A stretch of DNA of 64,000 bases from Nitrosopumilaceae archaeon (GCA_965208905.1 OZ242365.1:960001-1024000), one strand, 5' to 3'. Shown: positions 41,001 through 51,778, counted from the first letter of the stretch. Made by a program: numbers and translations. Notes: a model not told the origin generated them from the letters alone.

Positions 41001-42251
41001 TTGACACTTCCTAGAGGTATGAAGGACATACCATACATAGAGACTCAAAATATACGATATATACAATCAAAGTTTGAGGTACTCGCCGAATCATACGGTT
41101 ATGACACAATACATCCCTCACCACTAGAGTTGCTATCCACACTAGAGACAAAGTCCGGCGAGGCCATCAAAGATGAGATATACGAGTTCCAAGACAAGGG
41201 CGGTCGACACGTGGGATTGAGATTCGATCTTACCATGGGCATAACAAGATGCATAACTACTGATCGCTCTGCATCATTACCATCAAAGATATCTAGTTTT
41301 GGAGGTGTCTTCAGATATGATGAACCCCAAAAGAATCGTTATAGATACTTTCATCAGTGGGATATTGAAGTGTACGGAAGACCTCACATATATCAGGATA
41401 TCGAAGTAATAGAGTTTACAGCGCGCTTCTTTGAGTCACTACCACTACAGGTAACCATACATATGAGCCATCGTGAACTTGTCGAGTCTCATATATGCCA
41501 TACCTTTGGCGCTACACCACATAGTGATGTTATACCCGATATGCTGCGCGCCTTAGACAAGATGCAAAAGAGATCCCGCACCGATATAGTGGCGGAGTTT
41601 GCCAAATATGATGAATCCAAACTAAACTGTATACTTGATATGGCATCCCTACACGGTACACCTGAACAGGTTGAACCAGAACTACCATCTCATATTGTAC
41701 ACCATCCAAAATGGCTACATCTCAAAGATGTAGTATCATCATTATACAATATAGGTATACACAACATACAGATAGACTTTGGTATAGTTCGAGGATTAGA
41801 CTACTATACTGGCATGGTCTTTGAGGTGTTTGGCAGTAATGATACGGCCCTGGCAGGTGGTGGAAGATATGACTCTCTACCTGGTGCCTTTGGCCGTACA
41901 GATATGGGTGCGGCAGGCGTAGCCGGTGGCGTTGAGCGCATAATATCCGAGTTGAATCGTAATGTACAAAATACATACGATGTGGCCGTAATCTATACTC
42001 CTGATACATACGATGTGGCCTCCAAACTGGCCTCTACACTACGACAGAAAGAGATGCGTGTCCGCTTTGATGTATCTGCCCGTTCGCTTAAAAAGCAACT
42101 ATCTATATCCTCACAGGACTGCCGCTATGGTATTATCATCGGCCCCTCCGAAGTCAAGGATAACACCGTAATACTGCGAGACATGAAACTACGAACACAG
42201 CATACAATACCATACGCTGAGGGAATTATCTACCTTACTGAACATACGTAA
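41001..42251 (+). CDS. hisS: Histidyl-tRNA synthetase (last 10 codons supplied by element C)
   Basis: PRGMKD, LRFDLT, FRYDEPQ..RYR.FHQ, RGLDYYTG, GGGRYD. Confidence 0.97.
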   Translation: MTLPRGMKDIPYIETQNIRYIQSKFEVLAESYGYDTIHPSPLELLSTLETKSGEAIKDEIYEFQDKGGRHVGLRFDLTMGITRCITTDRSASLPSKISSFGGVFRYDEPQKNRYRYFHQWDIEVYGRPHIYQDIEVIEFTARFFESLPLQVTIHMSHRELVESHICHTFGATPHSDVIPDMLRALDKMQKRSRTDIVAEFAKYDESKLNCILDMASLHGTPEQVEPELPSHIVHHPKWLHLKDVVSSLYNIGIHNIQIDFGIVRGLDYYTGMVFEVFGSNDTALAGGGRYDSLPGAFGRTDMGAAGVAGGVERIISELNRNVQNTYDVAVIYTPDTYDVASKLASTLRQKEMRVRFDVSARSLKKQLSISSQDCRYGIIIGPSEVKDNTVILRDMKLRTQHTIPYAEGIIYLTEHT

Positions 42252-43658
42252 CATACGCGTACATTCCCAGGTGCTTCATGACGCTTGATGTTTTGGGTCG
42301 ATTGCACGCTTGATTCTCACGCCGCCGTCTGGCGTCCGGAACTGCACAAACAGGTGGCTTCCGGGTCCGGCCCATTTCACGCCTTTCGAGGGCCATTCCT
42401 TCCCCCGCGGGAACCTTCATACCGGTCCCCCGTTGAATTATATTCACCGACGCATTGCCGTCGGCGTTTGCTACATGCCCACATCCTATACACTTGAACA
42501 TCTCCCCATTTCGGTTCTCCTTGTTTGTGTAGCCGCACACACTGCACTCCTGACTCGTGCGTTTTGGATTCACTTCTACTACACGGATGCCCAGCCGCTC
42601 TGCGATAATGCGTATCTTTCGCAGTATTGCATAATGCCGAATGAACCGCATACCGCGATTCATACCCTTCTTGTGCCTGCCACCGCGCCTGCTCATGGCC
42701 TCAAGGTTGAGCTGCTCGACATATATTACATCCACGCCCTCGCATATCTTCTTGGCTAGAAGCCACTCCGCATACTCGCGGTCGTTCGCATTACCCTGAT
42801 TGTACTTTTCTCGTTTATGTTTAATTTTACACGTCGAGTTGGAGTGTTTGTTGCGGTGTGAGATGGTACGGCGCGTCTCATCATTCCATGTACGGTTCGT
42901 GCGGAATGCGGTTGCCGTGTCGTACGATATTATACACGAAGTGTTGTGGTCGAATTTGCACACGACGGTCGGATTTGTTATCCCTCTGTCTATGCCGGCA
43001 ACAACACCGGTCTTGGCGCGCCGTTCGGGTGTAGGTACGTCATATGTTATGTGCAACCGGTAGATATGGTCACACGACTTGACGTGCCCCCACGACTTTG
43101 GTGTTACACATACCAAACGGAAAGACCTTGAGCCATACAGCCAGTTGTGTGGGAATTGGTATGGCTGCTCCGCAGGCAACTCAACAACACCAAGGCCCGG
43201 CAATGACGCATGCTTGTTGTCCACATATACAGGCCGCACATCACATGATACTGCCTGTGTATTGTCAAGCTTTTTGGAGCGAAAACTCAGCTCGCCATTG
43301 CCGTACTTGTTCGAGACATCCGCAGCAGTGCGGGCTTGGTTGATGGCCGTATTTTGATATATACGCTCTACTGTTTGCAGCCACTGCACGGAACGCCTCA
43401 CCTTGGTGAACTCCTTGGAGAGGTCATATGTGGTGAGTGTGGGGTCGGCCAACAACCTCTCTACGGCCCAGTTGTACACGAACCGCTGCGAGTTCCGTAT
43501 TTTGGATATGTGACGCGTCTGAGAGCGTGTCAGGTCTATGCGGAAGCCATGTGATCTATACATACCGCTCTATACACTATAGTACTTTAAAAACCTAACT
43601 CATGAGATGGGTTTACAAGTTTGACTGTTTTTAGGTTACAGTTATAGGGATAAGTCCC
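42221..43658 (-). mobile_element. TIR/TSD-bounded tnpB element C inserted in the hisS 3' end
   Basis: TIRs GGGAATTATC (42221-42230) and GATAAGTCCC (43649-43658), 9/10 match; perfect 8-bp TSD TACGCTGA (42213-42220, 43659-43666). Confidence 0.9.
42235..43563 (-). CDS. tnpB: TnpB RNA-guided endonuclease
   Basis: RFVYNWA, RuvC-I GIDRG, RuvC-II VEQL, RTSQECSVCG/CIGCG, RuvC-III NADGNAS.NI. Confidence 0.95.
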   Translation of the reverse strand: MYRSHGFRIDLTRSQTRHISKIRNSQRFVYNWAVERLLADPTLTTYDLSKEFTKVRRSVQWLQTVERIYQNTAINQARTAADVSNKYGNGELSFRSKKLDNTQAVSCDVRPVYVDNKHASLPGLGVVELPAEQPYQFPHNWLYGSRSFRLVCVTPKSWGHVKSCDHIYRLHITYDVPTPERRAKTGVVAGIDRGITNPTVVCKFDHNTSCIISYDTATAFRTNRTWNDETRRTISHRNKHSNSTCKIKHKREKYNQGNANDREYAEWLLAKKICEGVDVIYVEQLNLEAMSRRGGRHKKGMNRGMRFIRHYAILRKIRIIAERLGIRVVEVNPKRTSQECSVCGYTNKENRNGEMFKCIGCGHVANADGNASVNIIQRGTGMKVPAGEGMALERREMGRTRKPPVCAVPDARRRRENQACNRPKTSSVMKHLGMYAYVTYVQ

Positions 43659-43680
43659 TACGCTGATATCGATAAACATA

Positions 43681-44340
43681 TTAGCCTATAAAGGCGCGAG
43701 TCAGCATCATTATCTCTGGACCGGTGGTCTGCCCGCCCACAACAACTGCCTTGTTGTTTGCTAGTATGCCCGAGGATACATAGGGCACGCCATTATTTAT
43801 GGTGGATGGCTCTACTCTGGTATGTAGTATCTCAGATATACGTTGTATCTCATGTTCATCGGCCAATGGATGTACCACAGTACCGGTATCATTGGTCTTT
43901 GTGAGTGACCCACACTGCTCCATGCCAGCTACTTTCATACGTATAACCTCTACATCCAAAGCATCCTGTATCATTTTGCAGTCTGCATTGCTCAACAATG
44001 GCGAGACTATGGCCCCTCGACTGTTTGCGCATATGAGATTTCCTAAAGCTGTATACTGCGCGTCTATTACATGTACATCTGCCACACCTGATAGCGCCTC
44101 ATACTCTGACACTAAAGCCGTCTTTGGCAATAGTATTGTGGACTTTACATGCACTGACATTGCCCCAGATAATCTAGTGCCGCATACGGATACTGCGTGC
44201 CATGGCACATGTAGTGCATCGGCTAGATTTTGCGCCTTTAATGGTGTAAATCCACTGGGTACTAACAGGTAACTGTCACATACTGACGCATACAGACCAA
44301 TATTGGGCCCACCATATACATTGCCATGTGTTATATCCAT
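43681..44340 (-). CDS. eif6: Translation initiation factor 6 (aIF6)
   Basis: PNIGLY, ALGNLICAN, VHP, STINNGVPYVSSG, TTGPE. Confidence 0.95.
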   Translation of the reverse strand: MDITHGNVYGGPNIGLYASVCDSYLLVPSGFTPLKAQNLADALHVPWHAVSVCGTRLSGAMSVHVKSTILLPKTALVSEYEALSGVADVHVIDAQYTALGNLICANSRGAIVSPLLSNADCKMIQDALDVEVIRMKVAGMEQCGSLTKTNDTGTVVHPLADEHEIQRISEILHTRVEPSTINNGVPYVSSGILANNKAVVVGGQTTGPEIMMLTRAFIG

Positions 44341-44415
44341 TATACACCAAGATAGTGTTTGACATTAATTCGTTTTTATTACAATTTAGCCCCAACTAAT
44401 TTTACTTAGATTTAA

Positions 44416-44970
<555 letters not shown>

Positions 44971-45031
44971 ATACATTTTATTTTCCCTTTTTGTCCTAAC
45001 AATTTTATCTTGTACATCATTGTATTATACT

Positions 45032-45118
45032 GCAGAGGTCGCCTAGCCCGGTAGGGCGCGGGCCTTGAGAGCCTGTGTCAGCAATGACGCGGGGGTTCGA
45101 ATCCCCCTCTCTGCGCCA
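45032..45118 (+). tRNA. tRNA-Ser (anticodon TGA), CCA encoded
   Basis: GCAGAGG/TCTCTGC acceptor stem, anticodon loop CTTGAGA, long variable arm, GGGTTCGAATCCC, discriminator G followed by CCA. Confidence 0.95.
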
Positions 45119-45419
45119 CTATTATAATAATATGCAGATTTAGTAAACTATACAAGATATACTGTGACTAGGCATGAAAGACTCAATAGTTTGTGAAGGC
45201 CAGTCACATAGTCAGCAGTCTTTGGTAACTATATCATACCGTATATGGAGGCATCGCAACAGTGTGGAATGTCTACACATTTGATAGTTCCCTTGAACCT
45301 GTATATGATCCTCACAAATAGGCAATCGTCATAACATTTAACAAATAATACGCCGTAATAGCTTACGTACTGTTTACAATGCATAACATATATATACAAT
45401 CCCCAAGTTTAATTCTCCA

Positions 45420-46820
45420 ATGATTAAAGTTATATACGGAATAACTATAATAGCGGCGACTTTGTTAGTAGGCGGAATACCAAATTTGGCCACTGCCCAG
45501 GAACAGATACAGGTACAAGCATCCTTCTTTCCATATGCTGAATTTACTAGGAATGTAGTTGGTGATACTGCAACTGTATCACAGTTTCTACCAGTAGGTG
45601 CGGGACCACACGATTGGGAACCAAGCATACGTCAGGTACAGACACTGAGTAGTGCCGATATCATAGTGTATAACGGTCTAGGTGTAGATATGTTTATGGA
45701 TAGGCTGATCGAATCAGGAGATTTGGGTGACACACATATTATAAAAGCTACTGAGGGTTTGACTCTTCTTACCACAGGCGTCTCTGATGCAATAGCTTTC
45801 ATACTAGAGGAGCATGAACATGGTCACTATGACGATGATGAGGCAATAGATGCAATGCATGATGTTATAGATGATTATAATATTCGTGGCATATTACAGG
45901 AGTACCGTGCAGGAGATCTGTCCACGACAGAGGCACTAGGTGAAATTACTACTATATTGCGTGGCGCAGAACACGGTCATGACCATGACCATGACGACCA
46001 CGATGACCACATGACGACCACCGACGATCATGACGACCACCACGATGAACACGATGAACACGATGAACACGATGAACACGATGAACACGATGAACACGAT
46101 GAACACGATGAACACCACGACGAACACGGCGATGACGCTGAGATTGTCCACGAAGTTCATGAAATACTAGAAGAGGCTGAAGAGGGACACCTCACCAACG
46201 CTGAGGCACTTGAGGAGATAGAGCATCTCTTAGATGACCACGCCCACGACGACCATGATGACCACGGTGATGAGCATGCTCATGATCATGGAATATACGA
46301 CCCACATGTCTGGCTAGACCCAGTATTGGCTCAACACCAAGTGGAGACCATACGAGACGGTCTTGTCGATGCAGATCCAGATAACGCTGCTGCCTACATG
46401 GCAAATGCAGAATCTTATCTACATGAACTTGAAGACCTACATGATCAGTATGTTTCCACACTGGCAGATTGCAGGCATGACACCATTGTGACATTCCACT
46501 CGGCATTTGCCTATTTGGTGGAGCGATACGATCTGAAGGTCGAGTCTCTGACTGGACTTGATGGTGCTGACGCTATAAGTACTGCTGATCTAATCGAGCT
46601 TGCTGACTTCATTAATGATAACAACATCGATTACATTCTTACTGAGTTTGGTGTAGACCAACGTAACTTTGAGGTAATAGCCGAAGAGACCAATACTACA
46701 GTACTGACACTTAGCCCAGTAGAGGGTATTTCACAAGAAGACGTTGATTCAGGCGCTACCTACATCAGTAAAATGATGGAAAACCTCGGTGTGCTAAAGA
46801 CAGCACTAGACTGCAACTAG
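45420..46820 (+). CDS. ZnuA/AdcA-like metal ABC transporter substrate-binding protein with a large His/acidic insert
   Basis: PHDWEP, YNGLG, DPHVWLDP, TFHSAFAYL; signal peptide. Confidence 0.93.
   Translation: MIKVIYGITIIAATLLVGGIPNLATAQEQIQVQASFFPYAEFTRNVVGDTATVSQFLPVGAGPHDWEPSIRQVQTLSSADIIVYNGLGVDMFMDRLIESGDLGDTHIIKATEGLTLLTTGVSDAIAFILEEHEHGHYDDDEAIDAMHDVIDDYNIRGILQEYRAGDLSTTEALGEITTILRGAEHGHDHDHDDHDDHMTTTDDHDDHHDEHDEHDEHDEHDEHDEHDEHDEHHDEHGDDAEIVHEVHEILEEAEEGHLTNAEALEEIEHLLDDHAHDDHDDHGDEHAHDHGIYDPHVWLDPVLAQHQVETIRDGLVDADPDNAAAYMANAESYLHELEDLHDQYVSTLADCRHDTIVTFHSAFAYLVERYDLKVESLTGLDGADAISTADLIELADFINDNNIDYILTEFGVDQRNFEVIAEETNTTVLTLSPVEGISQEDVDSGATYISKMMENLGVLKTALDCN
46041..46112 (+). repeat. 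Coding VNTR (CACGATGAA) x8, encoding (HDE)8
   Basis: Eight perfect 9-bp units. Confidence 0.95.
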
Positions 46821-47053
46821 ATACAATACTAAGTGATTTTTTATTTTTATTTGCCTCTTATACAGATGCGTGTACCCCAAAATCATGCCGCGCCCTATTC
46901 ATTGATATCGACCTCCATCCAGTCTGGATTCAACTCCCTTGTGTTTTCAGTTGCCTGTTTGTGATAAAATCCATCAATGACATTTAGTAGATGTCAATGT
47001 CCAATAAGAAGTGTATCCTCCTTTCATTGTAGAACTCAACATAGTCATCAAGT

Positions 47054-47227
47054 ATGACCAAATGGACCGCAGGCGCAACCGAGTTTAAGGCATCGATCAT
47101 ACACAACGTACGTCGCGGTACCAGTTATTCGTATATTCCAAAGCCCATGCTTGACAAGCTTGGCAACTCTGCAGGGTTGCGGTTCATCATACGAAGCAAC
47201 GAGATCCTATTCATCATGCTGGTTTAG
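47054..47227 (+). CDS. Small AbrB/SpoVT-like protein, 57 aa (below the ORF-track cutoff)
   Basis: MTKWTAGATEFKASIIHNVRRGTSYSYIPKPMLDKLGNSAGLRFIIRSNEILFIMLV; IPKP..D.LG swapped-hairpin-like motif. Confidence 0.6.
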   Translation: MTKWTAGATEFKASIIHNVRRGTSYSYIPKPMLDKLGNSAGLRFIIRSNEILFIMLV

Positions 47228-47313
47228 TTCCGAATAGTCTGGATATATGTACAATCGCCATCAACTGTATCTTCTAGAGCATCAAATTTATCAAGCATAT
47301 TTTCATATTACAT

Positions 47314-47631
47314 ATGGTGGCAGACAAGTGGACTATAATGATAGTATCTGCAGGTATTATAGTTGGTATATCGGTATTAATAATCATGTTTAATCAGGCA
47401 CCAACACTACAAATTTCGCCATCCCAACAGGGTGGCTTTCCATACTGTCTGCGCACATTACAGTGCGCCAACGTTCCAGAGTTTGATCAGATACCATACG
47501 AACAATTACTCATCATATCCAAAAACTATAACCAGTGCTTTGAGGACTTTAAAATCGAACAGACCTGCATCGTGCAGGTATCTCAGGATATAGAGAGGTT
47601 CCACGAGATGGGTTTTGTAACACTACGCTAA
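47314..47631 (+). CDS. Hypothetical membrane-anchored protein
   Basis: N-terminal TM helix, four Cys. Confidence 0.65.
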   Translation: MVADKWTIMIVSAGIIVGISVLIIMFNQAPTLQISPSQQGGFPYCLRTLQCANVPEFDQIPYEQLLIISKNYNQCFEDFKIEQTCIVQVSQDIERFHEMGFVTLR

Positions 47632-48266
47632 AAATCTGGTCTGTAATACCTTTTAGACTCACTCAGAAATAGTTTAATCTCATTCTCATACCAGACATCA
47701 TTCTTGTACTCAAATCCGCCACTATACGCATCATGTATGCCTTGTATATCTTCACTACCTACTCCAGCACGCTCCAACCCTATGCGGTTTATCTTGGTAA
47801 ATGCGCCCCTGTTGATGAGCGCAAAGGGCGGCACGTCTTTGACAATAGGACATCCCATGCCAATCATTGCATAACTGCCAATTCTGCAGTATGGGTGTAT
47901 ATCTGCTCCCTGTCCTATGTTTGCATGTCTATGTATGCATACATGCCCGCCCAATGTCACCCGAGTCGATATTATCACATTATCTTGTACTATACAATCA
48001 TGTTCAATATTACTATGCGCCATGATATAGCACCATGACCCAATTTTAGTCAATTCTCCAGTGGGTCCATGTATAGTGATATACTCACGCATTATGTTGT
48101 TGTCACCTATTATGATGCGGCCATTGGACTTGTCATATGCGGCATGCTGCGGACCTGTACCTATCGTACAATACGGACCTATCTTGTTGTTACTACCTAT
48201 GGTGGTATCTCCGCGTATAATTACAGTCTCATCAATCTCTGTCTTTTTGCCTATCTGTATGCTCAT
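47628..48266 (-). CDS. LpxA-like hexapeptide-repeat acyltransferase
   Basis: IG..PQH, IGDNN.MREYITIH, MAHS.IEHDC, KDVPPF, IN.IGLER. Confidence 0.85.
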   Translation of the reverse strand: MSIQIGKKTEIDETVIIRGDTTIGSNNKIGPYCTIGTGPQHAAYDKSNGRIIIGDNNIMREYITIHGPTGELTKIGSWCYIMAHSNIEHDCIVQDNVIISTRVTLGGHVCIHRHANIGQGADIHPYCRIGSYAMIGMGCPIVKDVPPFALINRGAFTKINRIGLERAGVGSEDIQGIHDAYSGGFEYKNDVWYENEIKLFLSESKRYYRPDF

Positions 48267-48318
48267 GTGTCTAGTGTATATGGAATTGTTTATATATAGT
48301 ATGTTCCAATTATTACCA

Positions 48319-48759
48319 ATGAGTGGTACAAATAACCCATATGATCCGATGGATATGTACAAGAAGTGGCTTGAGCAGAACCGTCAGCTACAAGACAACT
48401 TCCAGCAAGGATTCGATCGTGTCACACAGCAGATGAGTGATATACAAAAGATGTCCGAGGCCTGGAGCCGTATAGGCGAGCAGATGGACACCATGACAAA
48501 GCAGGCAACATACCCCAGTAATGCTATATCATCCCAATTTGTCGATATGATGAAATCATACACAATGCCTTGGCAGCAACATGGCTTTTCATCGATTCCA
48601 AGTATGTTGACAGGCTGGGCGGCGTTCAAGACCAGCATTGGCAGCAATGGACGCATATCCATCCCCGAAGCAGAACGTAGCGCACTAGGACTTAAAGAAG
48701 GTGATCTGGTGCAGGTTATCGTACTTCCCGTATCAAAGAAAAAGGAGGTGAAAGAATGA
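48319..48759 (+). CDS. AbrB-domain regulator (PhaR-like)
   Basis: C-terminal FKTSIGSNGRISIPEAERSALGLKEGDLVQV; adjacent to phasin and phaEC. Confidence 0.8.
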   Translation: MSGTNNPYDPMDMYKKWLEQNRQLQDNFQQGFDRVTQQMSDIQKMSEAWSRIGEQMDTMTKQATYPSNAISSQFVDMMKSYTMPWQQHGFSSIPSMLTGWAAFKTSIGSNGRISIPEAERSALGLKEGDLVQVIVLPVSKKKEVKE

Positions 48760-49178
48760 AGAATGATCAATCACAGGATAAAACAAAGGATGTATTTGCT
48801 GCATATCAGGATATGGTAGATAAGGTGTTCAACAACATCAACCAGACAGTACCAAAGTATCACCAATCCATAACTGATGCTCAACAGGAGGTATTCAAGA
48901 CACTAGAAGGAAACATCACATCAGCAATCAAATTGCAGAAGGAGGTGTCTACCAAAAATGGACTACCCGCAACAGTCCCGGATACTAACTTGCGCTTTAT
49001 GAAGGACTCTGTAGAGTCTTATATCAAACTGGCCAACATTGGCAACCAGATGGTGCTAGCTACAATAGCTACTGCACAGCAGGGTGTCAAGACCGGCAAC
49101 GAAAACGCTAAAGCCATAAACGACTTGAGTCAAAACGTAGCACGTTCTTGGATGACAGCATTTGCCATCCCAAACTAG
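48756..49178 (+). CDS. Phasin-like PHA granule protein (PhaP-like)
   Basis: Helical, Gln/Asn/Ala-rich, 140 aa, within the PHA cluster. Confidence 0.65.
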   Translation: MKNDQSQDKTKDVFAAYQDMVDKVFNNINQTVPKYHQSITDAQQEVFKTLEGNITSAIKLQKEVSTKNGLPATVPDTNLRFMKDSVESYIKLANIGNQMVLATIATAQQGVKTGNENAKAINDLSQNVARSWMTAFAIPN

Positions 49179-50242
49179 TCTGATTTTTTAGACAACCAAC
49201 TGCCCAATTCGGGCAATACCATTTTTTGCGACAGACTACTGGCAATCATGCCCACATGGCCTGTTGGGTATAATCGCAATGTCTTCTCTTTACTGGATAC
49301 GGCATAGTGTAATGGCATACTGCACTCTGGTGAGACGAGGTGGTCTCCCACAGCGACCTGTGTGAATATGGGCATTCTTATCTTGCGCAGGTTGACTTTT
49401 TGATCTGCGACAACCATCTTGTTTTGAATCAACAAGTTCTCTTGGTATATGTTTTTAATCCACTCTCTGAACAGTTCGCCAGGTATGGGTGGTGTGTCAC
49501 TGAGCCACTTCTCAACCCGTAGAAAGTTGTCGACAAATCTCTCATTGTCTATATTTTTAAAAAAGTTGATGTACTTTTCGATTCCCTGCTCGAATGGCTT
49601 TAGAACTGAAAAACAGTAATACATAAACTCTGGGGGCATATTGCCAACCGTGTCTACCAGCTTGTCCACCTCCACATGCTTTGAGAGATTACTGATTACA
49701 GTGGTGTCCTTCCAGCCATCAATGACCGGCGCCGTTGCAATATAGTTTCTCACCTTTTTGGGGTGCAGTGCGGAGTATACTGTGGATATAGTTCCTCCAG
49801 TACAATACCCCTGAAGCGTTACACTATCTGTTGATGTTATATCAAGTACATGCTCTACACATGAATCCAAATATACATTGACATAGTCATCAAAGTTCAG
49901 ATACTTGTCTATGTCTGTGGGCGTGCCCCAGTCTACCATGTATACATCGTATCCCTGTTCCATTAGGTTTCGCACCCAGCTCTTTGTGGGATGTATGTCT
50001 AGTATGTAGTATCGATTTATTAAGGCATATGCGATTAGTATGGGAGTTTTGTGTGTAACTTTTTGATCACTTTTATAATGCAGTAGTCGCACCTTGTCTA
50101 TACTGTGTATTGTGTCATGCGGCGTTATCTCCAAGTCTATCTCGTCGGGAGCTTTGACTAGATTGGGCGCCCGGGCCATGTTGGAGCTGAACTTTAACAA
50201 TTCTTCGATAACTTTGGAGTCTACCTCCAATGCATCCTTCAT
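49175..50242 (-). CDS. phaC: Class III PHA synthase subunit PhaC
   Basis: YALINR.YILD, DWG.P, lipase box GYCTGG, DHLV, TGHVG. Confidence 0.96.
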   Translation of the reverse strand: MKDALEVDSKVIEELLKFSSNMARAPNLVKAPDEIDLEITPHDTIHSIDKVRLLHYKSDQKVTHKTPILIAYALINRYYILDIHPTKSWVRNLMEQGYDVYMVDWGTPTDIDKYLNFDDYVNVYLDSCVEHVLDITSTDSVTLQGYCTGGTISTVYSALHPKKVRNYIATAPVIDGWKDTTVISNLSKHVEVDKLVDTVGNMPPEFMYYCFSVLKPFEQGIEKYINFFKNIDNERFVDNFLRVEKWLSDTPPIPGELFREWIKNIYQENLLIQNKMVVADQKVNLRKIRMPIFTQVAVGDHLVSPECSMPLHYAVSSKEKTLRLYPTGHVGMIASSLSQKMVLPELGSWLSKKSD

Positions 50243-50799
50243 CTCTTTCTCCTCCTATTTGATGACTCTAGCTTGGCCACCCTACGGCGTAATTCGTGCA
50301 ACTCTTTGTATATCTCATCCAACTCTTGACGGTTGGGTAGATTGGCCGACTTTAATATAATTCCTGTAATGCTGTTCCAGTGATTTGCCAGTTCCAACTC
50401 TTGAGAGACCATCTTGCCGTAGTTGGCACCAAAAGACTTTGAGTCAAACAGTTCGGTAAAGTCATTGTCGAATATGTCAATCCATACCCGTTTATAGGCC
50501 TCAAAGTGTTCGGGATCCTGGGGCAGATCTGGTACCTTGAGATTTACCTTCTTTTGCGCCTCGGCCCATGTGTCTGATAACTGCTTGTAGTATTCAATCA
50601 GATATTGATTGAACCCTTCAATCTTTTGATTTATCTCGATTAACTCGGCTGCTATCTTTTTGTTGTTGGCCACCATGGTTCTCATGGGCCCCACCGATGA
50701 GAGCGCCTGTGGTTTGCTGGACATAAGGTATAGTAAATCCGTCCAAAATAATGAGAGGTGTTTGTAGTAGTCCTTTGTATCTCCTATCTCTGGTATCAT
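50239..50799 (-). CDS. phaE: Class III PHA synthase subunit PhaE
   Basis: NLPNRQELDEIYKELHELRRRV; translationally coupled to phaC. Confidence 0.92.
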   Translation of the reverse strand: MIPEIGDTKDYYKHLSLFWTDLLYLMSSKPQALSSVGPMRTMVANNKKIAAELIEINQKIEGFNQYLIEYYKQLSDTWAEAQKKVNLKVPDLPQDPEHFEAYKRVWIDIFDNDFTELFDSKSFGANYGKMVSQELELANHWNSITGIILKSANLPNRQELDEIYKELHELRRRVAKLESSNRRRKR

Positions 50800-50842
50800 G
50801 CTTGTATGTTACCCTCTACTAACTTTAAATTATTGTGCAAAA

Positions 50843-51778
50843 TCATGTAGATTTTGCATCATCATTGTTCTTTATCATCTCGCGAAGACCTGCGCACCTA
50901 TTTCGTATGGTGACCTCGGTTACGCCCGAAGCGTTGGATATCTCTTTTTGTGACTTTTGCTCGTCGGTCTCTATACATGCTAGATACAAGGCTGCAGCAG
51001 CTATTCCCATTGGATCTTTACCTGCTACTAGACCTATCTCTTTTGCCTGGTTTAGTATTACAACCGCCCGCCTCTTGGTCTTCTCTTTAAGACCCGCCTC
51101 ACTGGCTATTCTGGACACTCCCTTGACTGGGTCTACCACCGGCATCTGCAACTCCAACTCTCTATATATCAGTCTGTAGCAGCGCGCCACATCCTTTCGC
51201 CGAATGTTTATACTCTCTGATATGTCATCTAGTGTTCTTGGAGTCTCTGTATTTCTACATGATGCATAAAGGCATGCCGCCACCAAACCTTGTATGGACC
51301 TACCCCGGACCAACTTTTTTTCCATGGCCTTGCGATATATGTAGGCCGCCTTCTCTATTACCGCATCTGTAAGCCCCATCTTGCCTTTGAGCTTGTCCAT
51401 CTCGTTTAATGCCTGTCTTAGATTACGATCTGCTGATGATGCCGCCTGGGTTCTACTATCCCAGGTGCGTAACCTCTCTATGGAACTCTTCATGTTGGCA
51501 GAGAGTGGCTTTCCTGCCGAATCCTTGTTACTGGCATCTATTATGGTTGATAGCCCCATGTCGTGCATTGTGATGGACGTTCCCGCACCTGCCCGGGCTC
51601 GACTTCCCTGATCATTGGAGAACGAGCGCCATTCGGCACCCATATCTTCCACCTTGTCTGTCATCACCCTTCCGCAGTTACTACAAAAGAGTTCTCCGGT
51701 CGAGTCATCAGTAACTATCTTTCCCTTTACGCAGTACTTACAACGTGAATCAACTGTTGTATCACTCACATATGACAA
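50843..51778 (-). CDS. tfb: Transcription initiation factor IIB
   Basis: Zinc ribbon, EWRSF, RGRSI, GKDP.G.AAAALY, VTEVTIRNR. Confidence 0.97.
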   Translation of the reverse strand: MSYVSDTTVDSRCKYCVKGKIVTDDSTGELFCSNCGRVMTDKVEDMGAEWRSFSNDQGSRARAGAGTSITMHDMGLSTIIDASNKDSAGKPLSANMKSSIERLRTWDSRTQAASSADRNLRQALNEMDKLKGKMGLTDAVIEKAAYIYRKAMEKKLVRGRSIQGLVAACLYASCRNTETPRTLDDISESINIRRKDVARCYRLIYRELELQMPVVDPVKGVSRIASEAGLKEKTKRRAVVILNQAKEIGLVAGKDPMGIAAAALYLACIETDEQKSQKEISNASGVTEVTIRNRCAGLREMIKNNDDAKST

